A stretch of DNA of 64,000 nucleotides from an uncultured delta proteobacterium (GTDB lineage Bacteria; Myxococcota_A; Polyangia; Haliangiales; Haliangiaceae), in assembly GCA_963848295.1 (NCBI GenBank), contig CAWKDB010000010.1, forward strand, positions 4,576,001-4,640,000, given 5' to 3'. The number at the start of each line of letters is the position of its first letter. The first letter of the stretch is position 1. The notes beneath the pieces are model-generated. The model ran no database searches, had not been told where the DNA came from, and was given only the letters and a program-made list of their open reading frames with translations. Positions 19,565-29,138 of the stretch are shown here, in pieces. The translations under genes were made by a program, and so were the position numbers.

Positions 19565-21214
19565 GTGAGCGGGGCCGCACAAAGTCGGGCCGGAATCCCG
19601 ATTTCCGCCAAGTTGGTGTTCGCGACATCCGTGATGGTGGCGGCGGTCCTGGGCATCGCGTCGTGGTTCAGCGCCAAGACGATCGACGAGCTGACCGCGA
19701 CTCAGATCTCGGCTCGCCGGGTCGCCGCCGAGAAGTCGATCACCCGCGACTCCGAGCTGATCACCCAGAGCGTCGCGAACGGCGTGGCCCACGCGGTCGC
19801 CGAGACCCGGATCCCCGACATCAAGCCGGTGCTCGATGCCGCGCTCGCCGACGACAAGGCGAGTGGCGATAAGCGCGTCAATTGGATGGTCGTGATCGAC
19901 GGCAGCGGCCAGGTGGTCGGCTCGACCGATGGCGCGCCCGCCGGCGCCAAGCTGGCGGGATTCGAAAAGCTGTTGGCCGCCGCCCCGAAGACCGGCGAGG
20001 TCGTGCACGCGCGCATCGACGCCAGCTCGGACTACGTCTACGGATCGCCGACCAAGATCGGGACGACGGTGGTCGGCTCGGTCCGGGTCGGGGTCTCGAC
20101 CGCGAGCCTCGACGCCGAGCTCACGCACTCGCTCGCCGAGTCCGACGAGCGTGCGCGAGCTTCACGCCAGCGCGTGCTGCTCGTGTCGCTGATCGTGCTC
20201 GGCATCGGCATCGTGCTCGCCGCGCTGCAAGGGGTCCAGCTCGCGAAACCGATCAAGGAGCTGACCGTGGTCGCGCAGCGCATCGCCGAGGGCGACCTCG
20301 CGAGTCGGGTCCCCGAGACCCGGCGCGACGAGCTCGGCACGCTCGCGCGCACGTTCAACTTCATGACCCATCAGATCGTCCTGCTGCTCAACGAGCAGGC
20401 GACGAAGCTGTCGCTCGAGAAAGAGATGGCCCTCGCGCGCCAGGTCCAGCAGGCGATGATTCCGCCCGGCGAGCTCGACCAGCACGGGCCGCTCAAGTTC
20501 GTCGGCTACTGCATGCCGGCGTCGCAATGCGGCGGCGACTGGTGGATGTATCGCAAGCTGCCGAACGGCCGGTTGTTGCTCGTGCTCGGCGACGCGACCG
20601 GCCACGGCATTCACTCGGCGATGATCGCGGCGACCGCGCGCGGAGCGGTCGAAGCGCTCGCCGGCGTCGACGAGCGACTGCTCGAGCCCGATCAGATCCT
20701 TCGCGCGATCGATCAAGCGATCCGCATGGTCGGCGACACGAACGTGCGGATGACCGCGTTCGCGGCGGTGATCGATTCGCAGAGCGGCATGCTGCACTAC
20801 GCGAACGCCGGCCAGAACTTCCCGTACGTGATCCGTGTCAACCCGCAGCGCCGGCTCGAAGACGCGAACGTGATCGCGGCGAGCGGCAGCCCGCTCGGCG
20901 ATCGCAACGTCGCGGTCGAGATCAAGCGCGGGCAACAGCAACTGTCGCCGGGCGACCTGTTCGTCGTGTTCACCGACGGCGTCGTCGAGCGCGCGAACTC
21001 GAGCGGCAAGCAGTTCGGCGATCGCCGGTTGCGCAGCACGCTGAGCGGGCAAGCGCTTGACGATGGCCAGTCGCTCGTCGCGCTGCGCGATCACATCATC
21101 GGGACGGTCGAGCAATACGCCGAGGGGACGTTCGCCCAAGACGACGTGACACTGGTGTTGTGTCAGTTCGATCCGCGGCCGACGCAATCGCGAGCTCGAT
21201 GGGGAGTTGCATGA
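19565..21214 (+). CDS. Membrane PP2C/SpoIIE-family phosphatase with HAMP domain
   Basis: Two TMs flanking a periplasmic domain, DELGTLARTFN (HAMP), GGDWW, GDATGHG, NAG, TDGVVE, DDVTLV. Confidence 0.92.
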   Translation: MSGAAQSRAGIPISAKLVFATSVMVAAVLGIASWFSAKTIDELTATQISARRVAAEKSITRDSELITQSVANGVAHAVAETRIPDIKPVLDAALADDKASGDKRVNWMVVIDGSGQVVGSTDGAPAGAKLAGFEKLLAAAPKTGEVVHARIDASSDYVYGSPTKIGTTVVGSVRVGVSTASLDAELTHSLAESDERARASRQRVLLVSLIVLGIGIVLAALQGVQLAKPIKELTVVAQRIAEGDLASRVPETRRDELGTLARTFNFMTHQIVLLLNEQATKLSLEKEMALARQVQQAMIPPGELDQHGPLKFVGYCMPASQCGGDWWMYRKLPNGRLLLVLGDATGHGIHSAMIAATARGAVEALAGVDERLLEPDQILRAIDQAIRMVGDTNVRMTAFAAVIDSQSGMLHYANAGQNFPYVIRVNPQRRLEDANVIAASGSPLGDRNVAVEIKRGQQQLSPGDLFVVFTDGVVERANSSGKQFGDRRLRSTLSGQALDDGQSLVALRDHIIGTVEQYAEGTFAQDDVTLVLCQFDPRPTQSRARWGVA

Positions 21215-23439
21215 GGAATCGCTTGTTCGTGCGGGTCGCGGTCGCGGTTGCGGTGTTCGGGATCCAAGGAAGCGCGCGAGCCCAGCAACCCGCACCGGCC
21301 GTCGATCCGGCCGACCTTCCGCCGCTGCCGGCCGCCGAAGAAGACACGTCGAGCTCCGCCACGGTCATCGCCGCCGCGTCGGCCGAAGAAGACGTGGTCG
21401 TGGGTGCCGCGAAGCGCGAGCAGAGCCTCGGCAACGTGGCCTCGGCGGTCACCGTCGTGTCCGGCGATCGGATCCGCCGGTTCGGCTATCGCACGATCGG
21501 CGAGGCGCTCGCGTCGGTCGCCGGCACGTACCTCGTCGACAACCGCGAGTCGTACACGCTCGGGATCCGAGGCCTCAACATCCCCGGTGACTTCAACACG
21601 CGCATCCTCGTCCTGGTCGACGGCGCCACGATCAACGATCCGTGGGGCAGCTTCGCGGGTATCGGATTCGACAACTTCGTATCGATGGACGACATCTCGC
21701 GCATCGAGCTGATCCGAGGCCCGGTCTCGAGCGTCTACGGCGCGAATGCGTTCTTCGGCATCATCAACATCGTCACGCGCTCCGCGTCGGAGACACCGGG
21801 AGCGTGGGGCCGCATCTCGGTCAACTCGATCAACGGTGTGATCGGCGCTGCGGGCTTCGGGGTCGGCACGGTGCAGAAGGGCATCCGCGGCACGTTCCAG
21901 TCGATGGGGCGGTTCGGCGAGACGCTGACCGTTCCGAACATCACCGGCAACAACAGTGATGGCAGCCTCAGCGGCGGTGATGGCTCGTCCCAGATCATGG
22001 GCTCGGTCGTCGGTACGTACGGTGGGACGTTCGGCCAGGCGCGGTTCTATCGCTACGAGCGCGGCGATCCGTTCGCGCCCTTCCTCGGCGATCCGACGCA
22101 GGTCAACCCGTACGTCCAAGATGACACGCAGGTCCTGCTCGAGGCCGGGCACACCAAAGAGCTCACCGACAAGATCACGGTGACCGCGCGCGGGTACGCG
22201 AACCTCTACAAGTTCACCGACCAGATCCTGCAGGCCGGCATCGCGCCGTTCGAGGATCGCGGCGACGGATATGCGTACGGCGCCGAGGTCCGCGGCCGGT
22301 TCGAGATCTTCCCGAAGAAGCTCGGCCTCACCACCGGCGCCGAGGCGACCTACTACGATACCTATAGCCGGTCGCAACAAGATTCGACGCCGCCCGATCC
22401 ACCACCGACGTGCACGAACCCGATGTTCCCCGCCGCGTGTGTGCCGAAGAACTTCAACATCGAGGGCGTCTACGCCGAGCTCGACGGCCAACCCCTGCCG
22501 TTCCTCGGCTTCACCGCAGGCCTGCGGTTCGATAATAATTCGGCGGTCGAAGCTCGGGCCTCGCCGCGCGCCGCGCTGTTCCTGTCGCGCTCCGACACCG
22601 CCGGCTTGAAGTTCCTGTTCGCGCAAGGCTTCCGCAACCCGAGCGCGTACGAAGCGTTCTTCTACGACAACACGAGCTACCTGCCGGCGCAGGACCTCAA
22701 AGCCGAGGTCATCACGAGCTACGAGGCCGTCGCGTGGGCCAAGCCGATCTCCGGACTCTCGGTCCGGCTGTCGGGATTCTACTGGGACATCACGAACGGG
22801 ATCGAGGCGCTGTCGCCGACGACCCCCGACGTGATGTTCCCGAGCATCCTGCAGTTTCAAAACGCCGCGCACTACGTCAGTGAAGGCGTCGAAGCCGAGG
22901 GTAGCTATCGCAACAGCCAAGGATGGTACGCGTTCGGCGGTGCGACCTACAGCCGAGTCGGGTGTGCCGACTGCGGCGCGATCACCGACGGCGCGGTCGA
23001 CGCAAGCGGCAACCCGGTGGTCGTGTTCGGCAGCGTGCCGAATGCGCCGGCGTGGACGGCCTCGGGCGGCGTGTCGACGCCGAAGTTGTTCGGGCGATTC
23101 CATCTCTCGACCGAGCTGCAGTACATCGGCCCGCGCCCGACGCGCCCGGGCCTCGATGACTCCTACGTCATGGGCATGGTGGATCAGATGCCGTACACGT
23201 CTCCGAACGCGGCGGCGTGGCTCAACTGGAACTGGGCGCTGTACTGGCCGCAGATCGCGAACCACTTCGACTTCACCGCCGGCGTGCGCAACCTGATCGG
23301 GACTCGGGAGCAGGTCGTCGCGCCCGGCGAGTACGACATCGCGGCGACCGACCCTTCGGGCAACGCGATCACCACCGTCATCCCGGTCGTCCCCGGAGAG
23401 GCGAGAGAGTTCTATGTCAAGCTCGGCTACAACTACTAG
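21211..23439 (+). CDS. TonB-dependent receptor
   Basis: Signal peptide; plug motifs ILVLVDG, RIELIRGPVSSVYGANA..GIINIVT; barrel QGFRNPS, GVRNL; C-term VKLGYNY. Confidence 0.92.
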   Translation: MRNRLFVRVAVAVAVFGIQGSARAQQPAPAVDPADLPPLPAAEEDTSSSATVIAAASAEEDVVVGAAKREQSLGNVASAVTVVSGDRIRRFGYRTIGEALASVAGTYLVDNRESYTLGIRGLNIPGDFNTRILVLVDGATINDPWGSFAGIGFDNFVSMDDISRIELIRGPVSSVYGANAFFGIINIVTRSASETPGAWGRISVNSINGVIGAAGFGVGTVQKGIRGTFQSMGRFGETLTVPNITGNNSDGSLSGGDGSSQIMGSVVGTYGGTFGQARFYRYERGDPFAPFLGDPTQVNPYVQDDTQVLLEAGHTKELTDKITVTARGYANLYKFTDQILQAGIAPFEDRGDGYAYGAEVRGRFEIFPKKLGLTTGAEATYYDTYSRSQQDSTPPDPPPTCTNPMFPAACVPKNFNIEGVYAELDGQPLPFLGFTAGLRFDNNSAVEARASPRAALFLSRSDTAGLKFLFAQGFRNPSAYEAFFYDNTSYLPAQDLKAEVITSYEAVAWAKPISGLSVRLSGFYWDITNGIEALSPTTPDVMFPSILQFQNAAHYVSEGVEAEGSYRNSQGWYAFGGATYSRVGCADCGAITDGAVDASGNPVVVFGSVPNAPAWTASGGVSTPKLFGRFHLSTELQYIGPRPTRPGLDDSYVMGMVDQMPYTSPNAAAWLNWNWALYWPQIANHFDFTAGVRNLIGTREQVVAPGEYDIAATDPSGNAITTVIPVVPGEAREFYVKLGYNY

Positions 23440-25819
23440 CCTCGCGATCGCGCTGGTGGTCGCGTCGAGCACCGCGACGTTCGCGCAGCGCGCGAACCAG
23501 GCCGAGGACGACAGCGCCGCGCTGGTCGAAGAGGGCCGGTCGGATCTGAAGGAGAACAAGCTCGACGACGCCGCGAAGGCGCTCGATCAAGCGATCAGCC
23601 TCAACCCTCGTCGGGTCGAAGCCTACGTCGTGCGCGCCGGGGTCTATGCCGCGCGCAAGCAATACCAAGCCGGTATCGTGCTGATGCGTAAAGCACTGGA
23701 GCTCGCGCCGCTCGATCTCGACGTGCTGACGTCGCTCGGTTCGCTGCTCGTGTTGTCGGGAGATGAATCGGGCGTCCCGCTGCTCCAGCAGGTCGTCTCG
23801 AAAGAGCCGGCGCGGTTCAATGCTCAGCTGCTGCTCGGCCAGCACTGGCACGAGGTCGGCCGCTGGCCCGATGCGATCACCGCGCTCGAAGCGTACTTCG
23901 CGCATCGCCCCGACCAGCTCGAGCGCGAGGATGCGAGCCATCGCATCGATCTCGCCGACGCGTACTTGCGCTATCACGAGCCGAAGAAGGCGCTCGAGCT
24001 GTTCGAGGCCGCAGGGCGCGAGCGGCGCAACGATCTGCGCGTCCGCATCGGCATCGCTTGGGCCACCGCGGCGACCGACTGCCGACGCGCTCGCCCCCTG
24101 CTCGCCGACCTGGAGCCGATCGCCGATCAGCACCCCGAGGTGTGGCTCGTCGATGGCCAGTGCGCGCTCGCGCTCGGCGATAGCAACGGCGCGCTCGCGC
24201 TCGGCCGCCGCTACCTCGCACGCGCGCCGAACGGCTCGGCCGCGGGTCATGCGCTCGTCGGCGAGGCGCAAGCGTCGCGCGGCGACTTCGCCGATGCGCG
24301 CCGCGAGCTCGAGGCGGCGCACGCCGCCGACAAGAATCGTCGGCGTTGGGTCGACCGGCTCGCGTACGTGATCCGGCGCAGCGGCCAGCCGGCCGACGCG
24401 ATCGCCGAGCTCGACGAGATCGGGCCGCCGAGCGCTCCGTCGATCGACCCCGACTGGTGGGTCGAGCTCGGCGAGTCGATGCTCGCGAAGGGCGAGTCGC
24501 AAGCGCTCGTGTCTCGGCTCGGACCGATCGTTTCCGAGCTGCCGGGCAACGCGACCGTGCGCGTCGTGCTCGGTGCGGCGCAGCTCGCGATCGGTCAGCC
24601 CGACGCGGCGATCAAGTCACTCGATGACGCCGAAGCGATCCAGGCAACACCGCGTTCGAAGAAGGTGCTGGTCGAAGCGCTGACCGTGGCGGCTGCTACG
24701 AAGCTCGCCGCGAACGATGCTGCGGGGGCCGAGCCGATGCTCGTACGCGCCGATCAGCTCGAAGCGACGCCGTCGGTGTTGCGCGATCTCGGCATCGCGC
24801 GGTTGATGCTCGGCAAGGCGAGCGAGGCCGTGCCCGTGCTCGATCGCGCGGTCAAGCTCGACAGCTCGCCGATCACCGCGATGCTCGACGCGCGCGCGCA
24901 TGCGATGTCGGGTGACGTCATCGGCGCGCGTCCGATCTACGAACGCGCGCTCGCCGCGGAGAAGGACAACACCGCCGAGATCGCGCTCGATTGGGCTGCC
25001 TCCGAGCTCGCGGGCGGTGATCCGCAGCTCGCGGTCAACGCGCTCGAGAAGACGGCGAACCCGTCGAAGCTGGGGCCGCTCGCGAGCCGGCATCGCGCCG
25101 CGCTCGCCCAGGCGCGTCACGCCGCCGGTCTCGCGGCGCTGCGCCAGGGAAACGGCATTCGCGCCGTCGAGCTGTTGCGCGCTGCGACCGGCGGGGGCGA
25201 CTCCTCGCTCGCGACGCGCTGCGATCTCGCACTCGCTGAAGTCGTCGTCGGCGAAACCGGCGGTGCGATCAACGCGCTCAGGTCGATCTCCGGCCAGAGT
25301 TGCCCGTTCCCGCCGCCGCTCGATAGGCAAGCCGCGCCGATCCTCATCGCGTTCACCGAAGGCTTGAACCCGAGGCGCGCCGCCAAGGCACTCGAACGGT
25401 TGACCCAGCTCGGCGGCAGATCGACCGGCGTCGCGGCAAACCTCCTCGGCACCGCGATCCGCGTCGTCGCGCTCAACGCGGCCCAAGATGCCTATCGCAG
25501 CGGAGCGCTGGCGCAAGCCGACAACTACCTGGCGACCGCGCGCGGCGCGGCGGCGCGGGTCGGTACCGACGAGATCGCACAGAACATCGCGGCGCTCGAT
25601 CTCGCCGAGAATCATGTCGACGTCGCGATCGGCCAGCTCGAGCGACTCGCGAACAAGGTGCCGGAGGCGCTCGTCAACCTCGGCATCGCCTACGAGCGCA
25701 AGGGCGATCAGGCCAAGGCGATCGACGCCTGGAAGCGAGCGAAGAGGGCAGGCGTTCGGTTCGCTCCGCTCAACGACTGGATCGAATCGAAGGAACGGGT
25801 CTACGGAGGTACGCCATGA
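23414..25819 (+). CDS. Exported TPR-repeat protein
   Basis: Signal peptide; many TPR-like repeats (AISLNP, ALVNLGIAYE). Confidence 0.85.
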   Translation: MSSSATTTSLAIALVVASSTATFAQRANQAEDDSAALVEEGRSDLKENKLDDAAKALDQAISLNPRRVEAYVVRAGVYAARKQYQAGIVLMRKALELAPLDLDVLTSLGSLLVLSGDESGVPLLQQVVSKEPARFNAQLLLGQHWHEVGRWPDAITALEAYFAHRPDQLEREDASHRIDLADAYLRYHEPKKALELFEAAGRERRNDLRVRIGIAWATAATDCRRARPLLADLEPIADQHPEVWLVDGQCALALGDSNGALALGRRYLARAPNGSAAGHALVGEAQASRGDFADARRELEAAHAADKNRRRWVDRLAYVIRRSGQPADAIAELDEIGPPSAPSIDPDWWVELGESMLAKGESQALVSRLGPIVSELPGNATVRVVLGAAQLAIGQPDAAIKSLDDAEAIQATPRSKKVLVEALTVAAATKLAANDAAGAEPMLVRADQLEATPSVLRDLGIARLMLGKASEAVPVLDRAVKLDSSPITAMLDARAHAMSGDVIGARPIYERALAAEKDNTAEIALDWAASELAGGDPQLAVNALEKTANPSKLGPLASRHRAALAQARHAAGLAALRQGNGIRAVELLRAATGGGDSSLATRCDLALAEVVVGETGGAINALRSISGQSCPFPPPLDRQAAPILIAFTEGLNPRRAAKALERLTQLGGRSTGVAANLLGTAIRVVALNAAQDAYRSGALAQADNYLATARGAAARVGTDEIAQNIAALDLAENHVDVAIGQLERLANKVPEALVNLGIAYERKGDQAKAIDAWKRAKRAGVRFAPLNDWIESKERVYGGTP

Positions 25820-26715
25820 GCCACCTCGGATCGAGAGGCGCCCTCGGGGCGAGCTTGGTCATCGTCATCGCGCTCGCGACGACGGCTCGAGCGGACGTCA
25901 CGGTCGGCGTGTTCGCGCCGAGCTCGCCGTTCCCATCGACCGGCGCGCGCGTCGAGCTCGCGAATCGCCTCGGCGAGGAGGTCGGCGCCGCGCTCGGCGT
26001 CAAAGGTGTCGGCAGGGTCTACGCCCGCGGCTCGGACTTCGCGGCCGCGGTCAAACGGGGCGAGGTCACGGTCGCGCTCGTCGACGCCGCATATCTCGCG
26101 ACCGCCGGCGGCGGGTTCACGCTGATCGCTTCGGGCGTCCGTGGCGGCGATACCAGCCACGGCTGGCAGCTCGTCGTGCGCGGCACCGACAAGATCGCTC
26201 AGCTCAAAGGCAAGCACGTGCTCGTGCCGGCGGTCGGCCGCGAGACCGACTTCGTGCTCAACGTGCTGCTCGGCAGCGAAGTCGGTCGCGACTTCTTCGG
26301 CAAGATCGAAGCGGCACCCGATACGGCCTCGGCGCTCGCGGCGGTCGGGCTCGGCAAGGCGGACGCGGCGGTCGTCCCGGACGGCGTCGCGCTGCCGGCC
26401 GGCACGTCCCGGGCGCTCGCGCTCCCGGCGACGGCGGGTGCGGTCCTCGTCGGCTACGGCCTGAGCTCGGAGCAAAAAAAGGCGCTGGCCGGCGCGGTCG
26501 GCACGTTCTCCGGCGATGAGACGGTGACCGGATTTCGCGGCGCCGACGGCGATGCGGTCGGCGCGATCTCGCGGCGGTTCGGCGCGGTCGTCAAGCGCGG
26601 ACCGTTCGCCATCCCCGCGGTGCGCTTGCTCGTCGGGGATCTCGTCGAGGGCCGCGTGATCGCGATCGAGCGCACACCCGCGGCGGCGTTTGCGGTCGGC
26701 CCCGAACGCCGGTAG
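25816..26715 (+). CDS. Phosphonate/phosphate ABC-type substrate-binding-like protein
   Basis: Signal peptide ending ARA; LVVR...IAQLKGK, SALAAVGLGKADAAVV (PBP2 fold). Confidence 0.7.
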   Translation: MSHLGSRGALGASLVIVIALATTARADVTVGVFAPSSPFPSTGARVELANRLGEEVGAALGVKGVGRVYARGSDFAAAVKRGEVTVALVDAAYLATAGGGFTLIASGVRGGDTSHGWQLVVRGTDKIAQLKGKHVLVPAVGRETDFVLNVLLGSEVGRDFFGKIEAAPDTASALAAVGLGKADAAVVPDGVALPAGTSRALALPATAGAVLVGYGLSSEQKKALAGAVGTFSGDETVTGFRGADGDAVGAISRRFGAVVKRGPFAIPAVRLLVGDLVEGRVIAIERTPAAAFAVGPERR

Positions 26716-26738
26716 TCGATCCGCGCTAGGCTGTGGTC

Positions 26739-28034
26739 GTGAGCTTGTCATCGACGTATCCCGACCACATCGCACGGCTTCAGGCCGGAACCGAGGCCGC
26801 GCTCGCTGCGAACAACCTCGAAGCGCTCGTGATCTGCGGCGGCGCGCCGACGATCAAGAATCGCTTCGACGATGCGTGGTGGCCGCTGTCGCCGACCCCG
26901 ACGTTCTCGCACTGGTGCCCGCTCGTCGAGGCCGACGCGTTCCTCGTCATCCGTCCAGGCAAGAAGCCGACCTTGGTGCGCACCGTCGTCGACGACTTCT
27001 GGGAGACGCCGGCGCCGCCCGAGAGCGATCACTTCTGGACGGCGTTCGACGTCGTCGAGGTCGAGCCGGATCACGCGGGCGACGTCCTGCCCGGCGGCAA
27101 GGTCGCGGTCGTCACGCGCGATCCGGGCTCGGCGCCTCCCGGCGAGGTCAACCCGGTGCACCTCGTCGCCGCGCTCGACCTGTTGCGCACGAAGAAGACC
27201 GCGTACGAGCTCGAGTGCCTGGCCGCGGCGACCGCGCGTGCGGTCAAAGGCCACCGAGAAGCCGAGGCGAGGTTTCGCGCCGGCGGGATCTCCGAGCTCG
27301 CGCTGCACCTCGCGTATCTCGCCGCGTCGGAGCAGGACGACGCGACCACGCCCTACAAGAACATCGTCGCGCTCGGGGCACACGCGGCGGTGCTGCACTA
27401 CATCGCGTATCAGCGCGACAAGATCGCGGGCGATACGTCGTTGCTCGTCGACGCGGGCGCGCGCAGCAACGGCTACAACAGCGACATCACGCGGACGTAC
27501 GCGCGCGGCACGGGCGCCGCGGCGAAGCGGTTCAGCGAGCTCGTCGCGCGCCTGGACACGCTGCAACAAGACGTGTGTAAGAAGATCCGTCCGGGCGTGC
27601 AGTACGAGGCGCTGCACGACGAGTCGCACCGGCTGCTCGCGGTCGTGCTGCGCGAGGTCGGCATCGCCAAGGGCAGCGCCGACGAGCTCGTCGATCGCGG
27701 CGTCACGCGCGCGTTGTTACCGCACGGCCTCGGCCACTCGCTCGGCATTGTCACCCACGACGTCGGGATGAAGCCGCGGCCGCCGCGCCCCGAAAACAAG
27801 TTCCTGCGCAACACGTCGGCGATCGAGGTCGGTCAGGTGTTCACGATCGAGCCCGGCTGTTACTTCATCGACGGCTTGCTCGGCCCGTTGCGCGCCGGCG
27901 AGCACGCCCGGCTCGTCGATTGGGCGGTGATCGACGAGCTCCATCCGTTCGGCGGAATCCGCATCGAGGACAACGTGTTGGTCCAGGCCAACGGGATCCG
28001 GAACCTGACCCGCGAGGCCTTCGCGGCCCCGTAA
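26739..28034 (+). CDS. pepQ: Xaa-Pro dipeptidase (prolidase)
   Basis: AAVLHY, LVDAGA, SDITRT, HGLGHSLGIVTHDVG, TIEPGCYFI, GGIRIED. Confidence 0.92.
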   Translation: MSLSSTYPDHIARLQAGTEAALAANNLEALVICGGAPTIKNRFDDAWWPLSPTPTFSHWCPLVEADAFLVIRPGKKPTLVRTVVDDFWETPAPPESDHFWTAFDVVEVEPDHAGDVLPGGKVAVVTRDPGSAPPGEVNPVHLVAALDLLRTKKTAYELECLAAATARAVKGHREAEARFRAGGISELALHLAYLAASEQDDATTPYKNIVALGAHAAVLHYIAYQRDKIAGDTSLLVDAGARSNGYNSDITRTYARGTGAAAKRFSELVARLDTLQQDVCKKIRPGVQYEALHDESHRLLAVVLREVGIAKGSADELVDRGVTRALLPHGLGHSLGIVTHDVGMKPRPPRPENKFLRNTSAIEVGQVFTIEPGCYFIDGLLGPLRAGEHARLVDWAVIDELHPFGGIRIEDNVLVQANGIRNLTREAFAAP

Positions 28035-28179
28035 ACGGGGGCCCCCGGCCCAGGGAGTCGGCCGTCCTTGCTACGCGGCGGACACCCGATCGATCGATCG
28101 GCCTCGCGGCGGCATAGCGATCTGAACGCGCGATGGCCGCCCGGCGATCGTACAATTAGCGACCGTGGGGCATTTTGCG

Positions 28180-29070
28180 ATGTTCGCGATCGCGTTCGCT
28201 GCGGTGGGTTGTGGCCGGATCGATTTCGATCCGTTCGGGCCCGGCGGCGGCGGTGGCGGTGATGCTGCGCTCGGCGATGGGGCCGGCCCCGATGCATGCG
28301 TGCAGACCGCGTGGTCAACGCCGAGCGAGCTCTCGACCGTGATCAACGCGAGCACCACCAACTGGGAGCCTGCGTTGCGCCGAGACGGCCAGATGCTCGT
28401 GTATGGGCGCGACCCCTCCGTCAACCAGCTCTACGCCGCGGCGGGCAACCCGACGGATGGCTACGCGACGCCCACGATGATCTTGCCGTCGGCCAACAGC
28501 AACGGCGGCCCGGCGTGGTCGCCTACGGGCGATCAACTGTTCTTCGTCAGCGATCGCTTGGTGATGGATTCGTTTCGCCTCTATACGAGCAACTACGACG
28601 GCACGACCTTCGCGCCCGCGATGGAGGTGATGGAGCTCGCGGGTCAGGAGGTCGATGGCCCGACGATCTCGTCGACTGGGCTCGAGATGGTCTACAACGA
28701 AGGCTCGGGCAACGGCGCGACGCTGCGGATCGCGATTCGCCTGACCACGAGCGCTCCATGGCAGGACCTCGGCCAACTCGCGAACGTGAACTCGGGTTCC
28801 ACCGATGGCTGGGCGACGTTCGCCGACAACGACCTCACGATCTACTGGGAATCGCATCGCAGCAACGGCAACGGCTCGATCTACATGGCGACGCGGCCCC
28901 AAGTTGGAGCCGATTTCACGAATCCGGTGGAGGTACCGGGGCTCTCCGACGACGGCGGCAACGATGGCGGCGATCCAGAGGTCAGCGGCGACGGTAAGAC
29001 GATCATGTTCGCGAGCGACCGCGACGGCGGGACACCGAACATCTTCGTGTCGACACGCGCCTGTCCGTGA
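28180..29070 (+). CDS. Lipoprotein with PD40/TolB-like beta-propeller repeats
   Basis: Lipobox AVGC-GRIDFD; PAWSPTGDQLFFVSDR, PEVSGDGKTIMFASDR. Confidence 0.8.
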   Translation: MFAIAFAAVGCGRIDFDPFGPGGGGGGDAALGDGAGPDACVQTAWSTPSELSTVINASTTNWEPALRRDGQMLVYGRDPSVNQLYAAAGNPTDGYATPTMILPSANSNGGPAWSPTGDQLFFVSDRLVMDSFRLYTSNYDGTTFAPAMEVMELAGQEVDGPTISSTGLEMVYNEGSGNGATLRIAIRLTTSAPWQDLGQLANVNSGSTDGWATFADNDLTIYWESHRSNGNGSIYMATRPQVGADFTNPVEVPGLSDDGGNDGGDPEVSGDGKTIMFASDRDGGTPNIFVSTRACP

Positions 29071-29138
29071 CCTGCGGCATCTCGTACGGACCTGGCGGGT
29101 TGCACGGAACGGCCAGGGACCGTATGTTCCACGCGCCT

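Noticed and set aside
28025..28043. Hairpin over the pepQ stop codon as an intrinsic terminator
   Set aside because: The stem is present but there is no U-tract; not enough support.
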